Assembly (NCBI GenBank): GCA_003554185.1
Contig: PWFU01000029.1
Location: 298-64,297 of the forward strand
Reading direction: 5' to 3'
DNA length: 64,000 bases
Source of the DNA: Candidatus Dojkabacteria bacterium
GTDB lineage: Bacteria > Patescibacteriota > Dojkabacteria > SC72 > T1SED10-24
Shown here: positions 63,225 to 64,000 of the stretch, in pieces
Position numbering within the stretch: position 1 is the first letter of the stretch
Layout of the letters: each line of letters begins with the position of its first letter
The notes under the pieces: model-generated
Seen by the model: the letters and a program-made list of their open reading frames with translations, nothing else
What the model was told of the DNA's origin: nothing
Database searches by the model: none
Program-made: the position numbers and the translations under genes

Positions 63225-64000
63225 TTACTCTAGAGTATATACCTCTCGATGATGTGGTACAATAGTATTCAGACCTAATTCCACATGCATATTCTCAGCA
63301 AAAGCCTCTGCAATATCTTCATCACCATGACATACAAAAACTTTTCTTACACTTTTTCCAAAATTTCTCAACCAATACCGCAAATCTCTTTCATCCCCAT
63401 GAGCAGAGAAACCACCTAGAGTGTGTATTTTAGCTTTAGGCTCATATTCTTCTCCCATAATTTTAACAATCGGCTCTTTATCTACTAGCTGACGCCCAAG
63501 GGTCCCTCTTACCTGATAACCAACGAATACCACATGGTTATTCGAATCTTCAACATTATTTACTAAGTGATGTAACACTCTTCCCCCAGTACACATACCA
63601 CTACCTGCAAGAATTATACAACCCTTTTGACTTATTAATCTCTTAGAATCATCCACATTTTGAGTAATATTAAACTCGTTAAATTTAAAAGGGCCATTAC
63701 CTTTAGCTAACAACCTTTTTGCATCTTCATCATAAAAGCCTTTAAATTTTCTAAAAACCTTTGTAACCTCACTAGCCATAGGACTATCCAAAAAAACAGG
63801 GAAGTCTTTCATCAAACCATTTTCATAAAACAAATTTAACTCGTAAATAATCTCTTGCGCCCTCTCTATTGCAAACACAGGAATAATTACATTACCGCTG
63901 TTTTCTCTAGCTTCTTTTAAAATTGAAAGAAATTCAAGAACAGTCTCATCTTTGTTTCTATGCAATCTATTACCATACGTGGATTCTATACATATATAAT
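63225..64000 (-). CDS. MBL-fold beta-CASP ribonuclease (partial, continues past the edge)
   Basis: ESTYGNRLH, IPVFAIERAQE, AGSGMCTGGR, FVGYQ, FSAHGD, VCHGD. Confidence 0.93.
   Translation of the reverse strand, partial: YICIESTYGNRLHRNKDETVLEFLSILKEARENSGNVIIPVFAIERAQEIIYELNLFYENGLMKDFPVFLDSPMASEVTKVFRKFKGFYDEDAKRLLAKGNGPFKFNEFNITQNVDDSKRLISQKGCIILAGSGMCTGGRVLHHLVNNVEDSNNHVVFVGYQVRGTLGRQLVDKEPIVKIMGEEYEPKAKIHTLGGFSAHGDERDLRYWLRNFGKSVRKVFVCHGDEDIAEAFAENMHVELGLNTIVPHHREVYTLE

Overview
AT-rich, gene-dense chromosomal segment of a small-genome bacterium using the standard genetic code. Gene content points to Patescibacteria/CPR, most likely Dojkabacteria-like (inference): a type IV pilus cluster, sortases, a CPR-type VirB4/TraG-like ATPase, and the archaeal-type AMP phosphorylase plus ribose-1,5-bisphosphate isomerase pair. 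In order, the window holds: an uncalled ORF of at least 1290 aa running off the left edge (PrsA/SurA-like foldase fused to a Cys-rich acidic ectodomain) at the end of a T4P operon; holB, gyrB, a DUF4013-like gene and gyrA; a sortase and a micro-protein; a GC-rich membrane-protein gene enclosed by a boxA-containing structured leader and a structured trailer; cell-surface glycosylation genes; large charged orphan proteins; a Xer recombinase with a 28-bp dif-like site; ruvCAB and yebC; a VirB4-like ATPase; an LCP gene split at an (AT)8 tract; rluA, lspA, lgt-like, tRNA-Leu and dnaB; rpmE-prfA-prmC; htrA and ctpA; a degenerate GlmL-like pair; rpsF-ssb-rpsR; a hydrolase and an HDAC; a lipoprotein pseudogene; ychF; a transglutaminase-like gene; and the nucleoside-salvage genes. 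The best candidate for an undescribed system is the rRNA-like packaged mRNA at about 20600-21550. All family calls come from reading motifs by eye; no searches were run.
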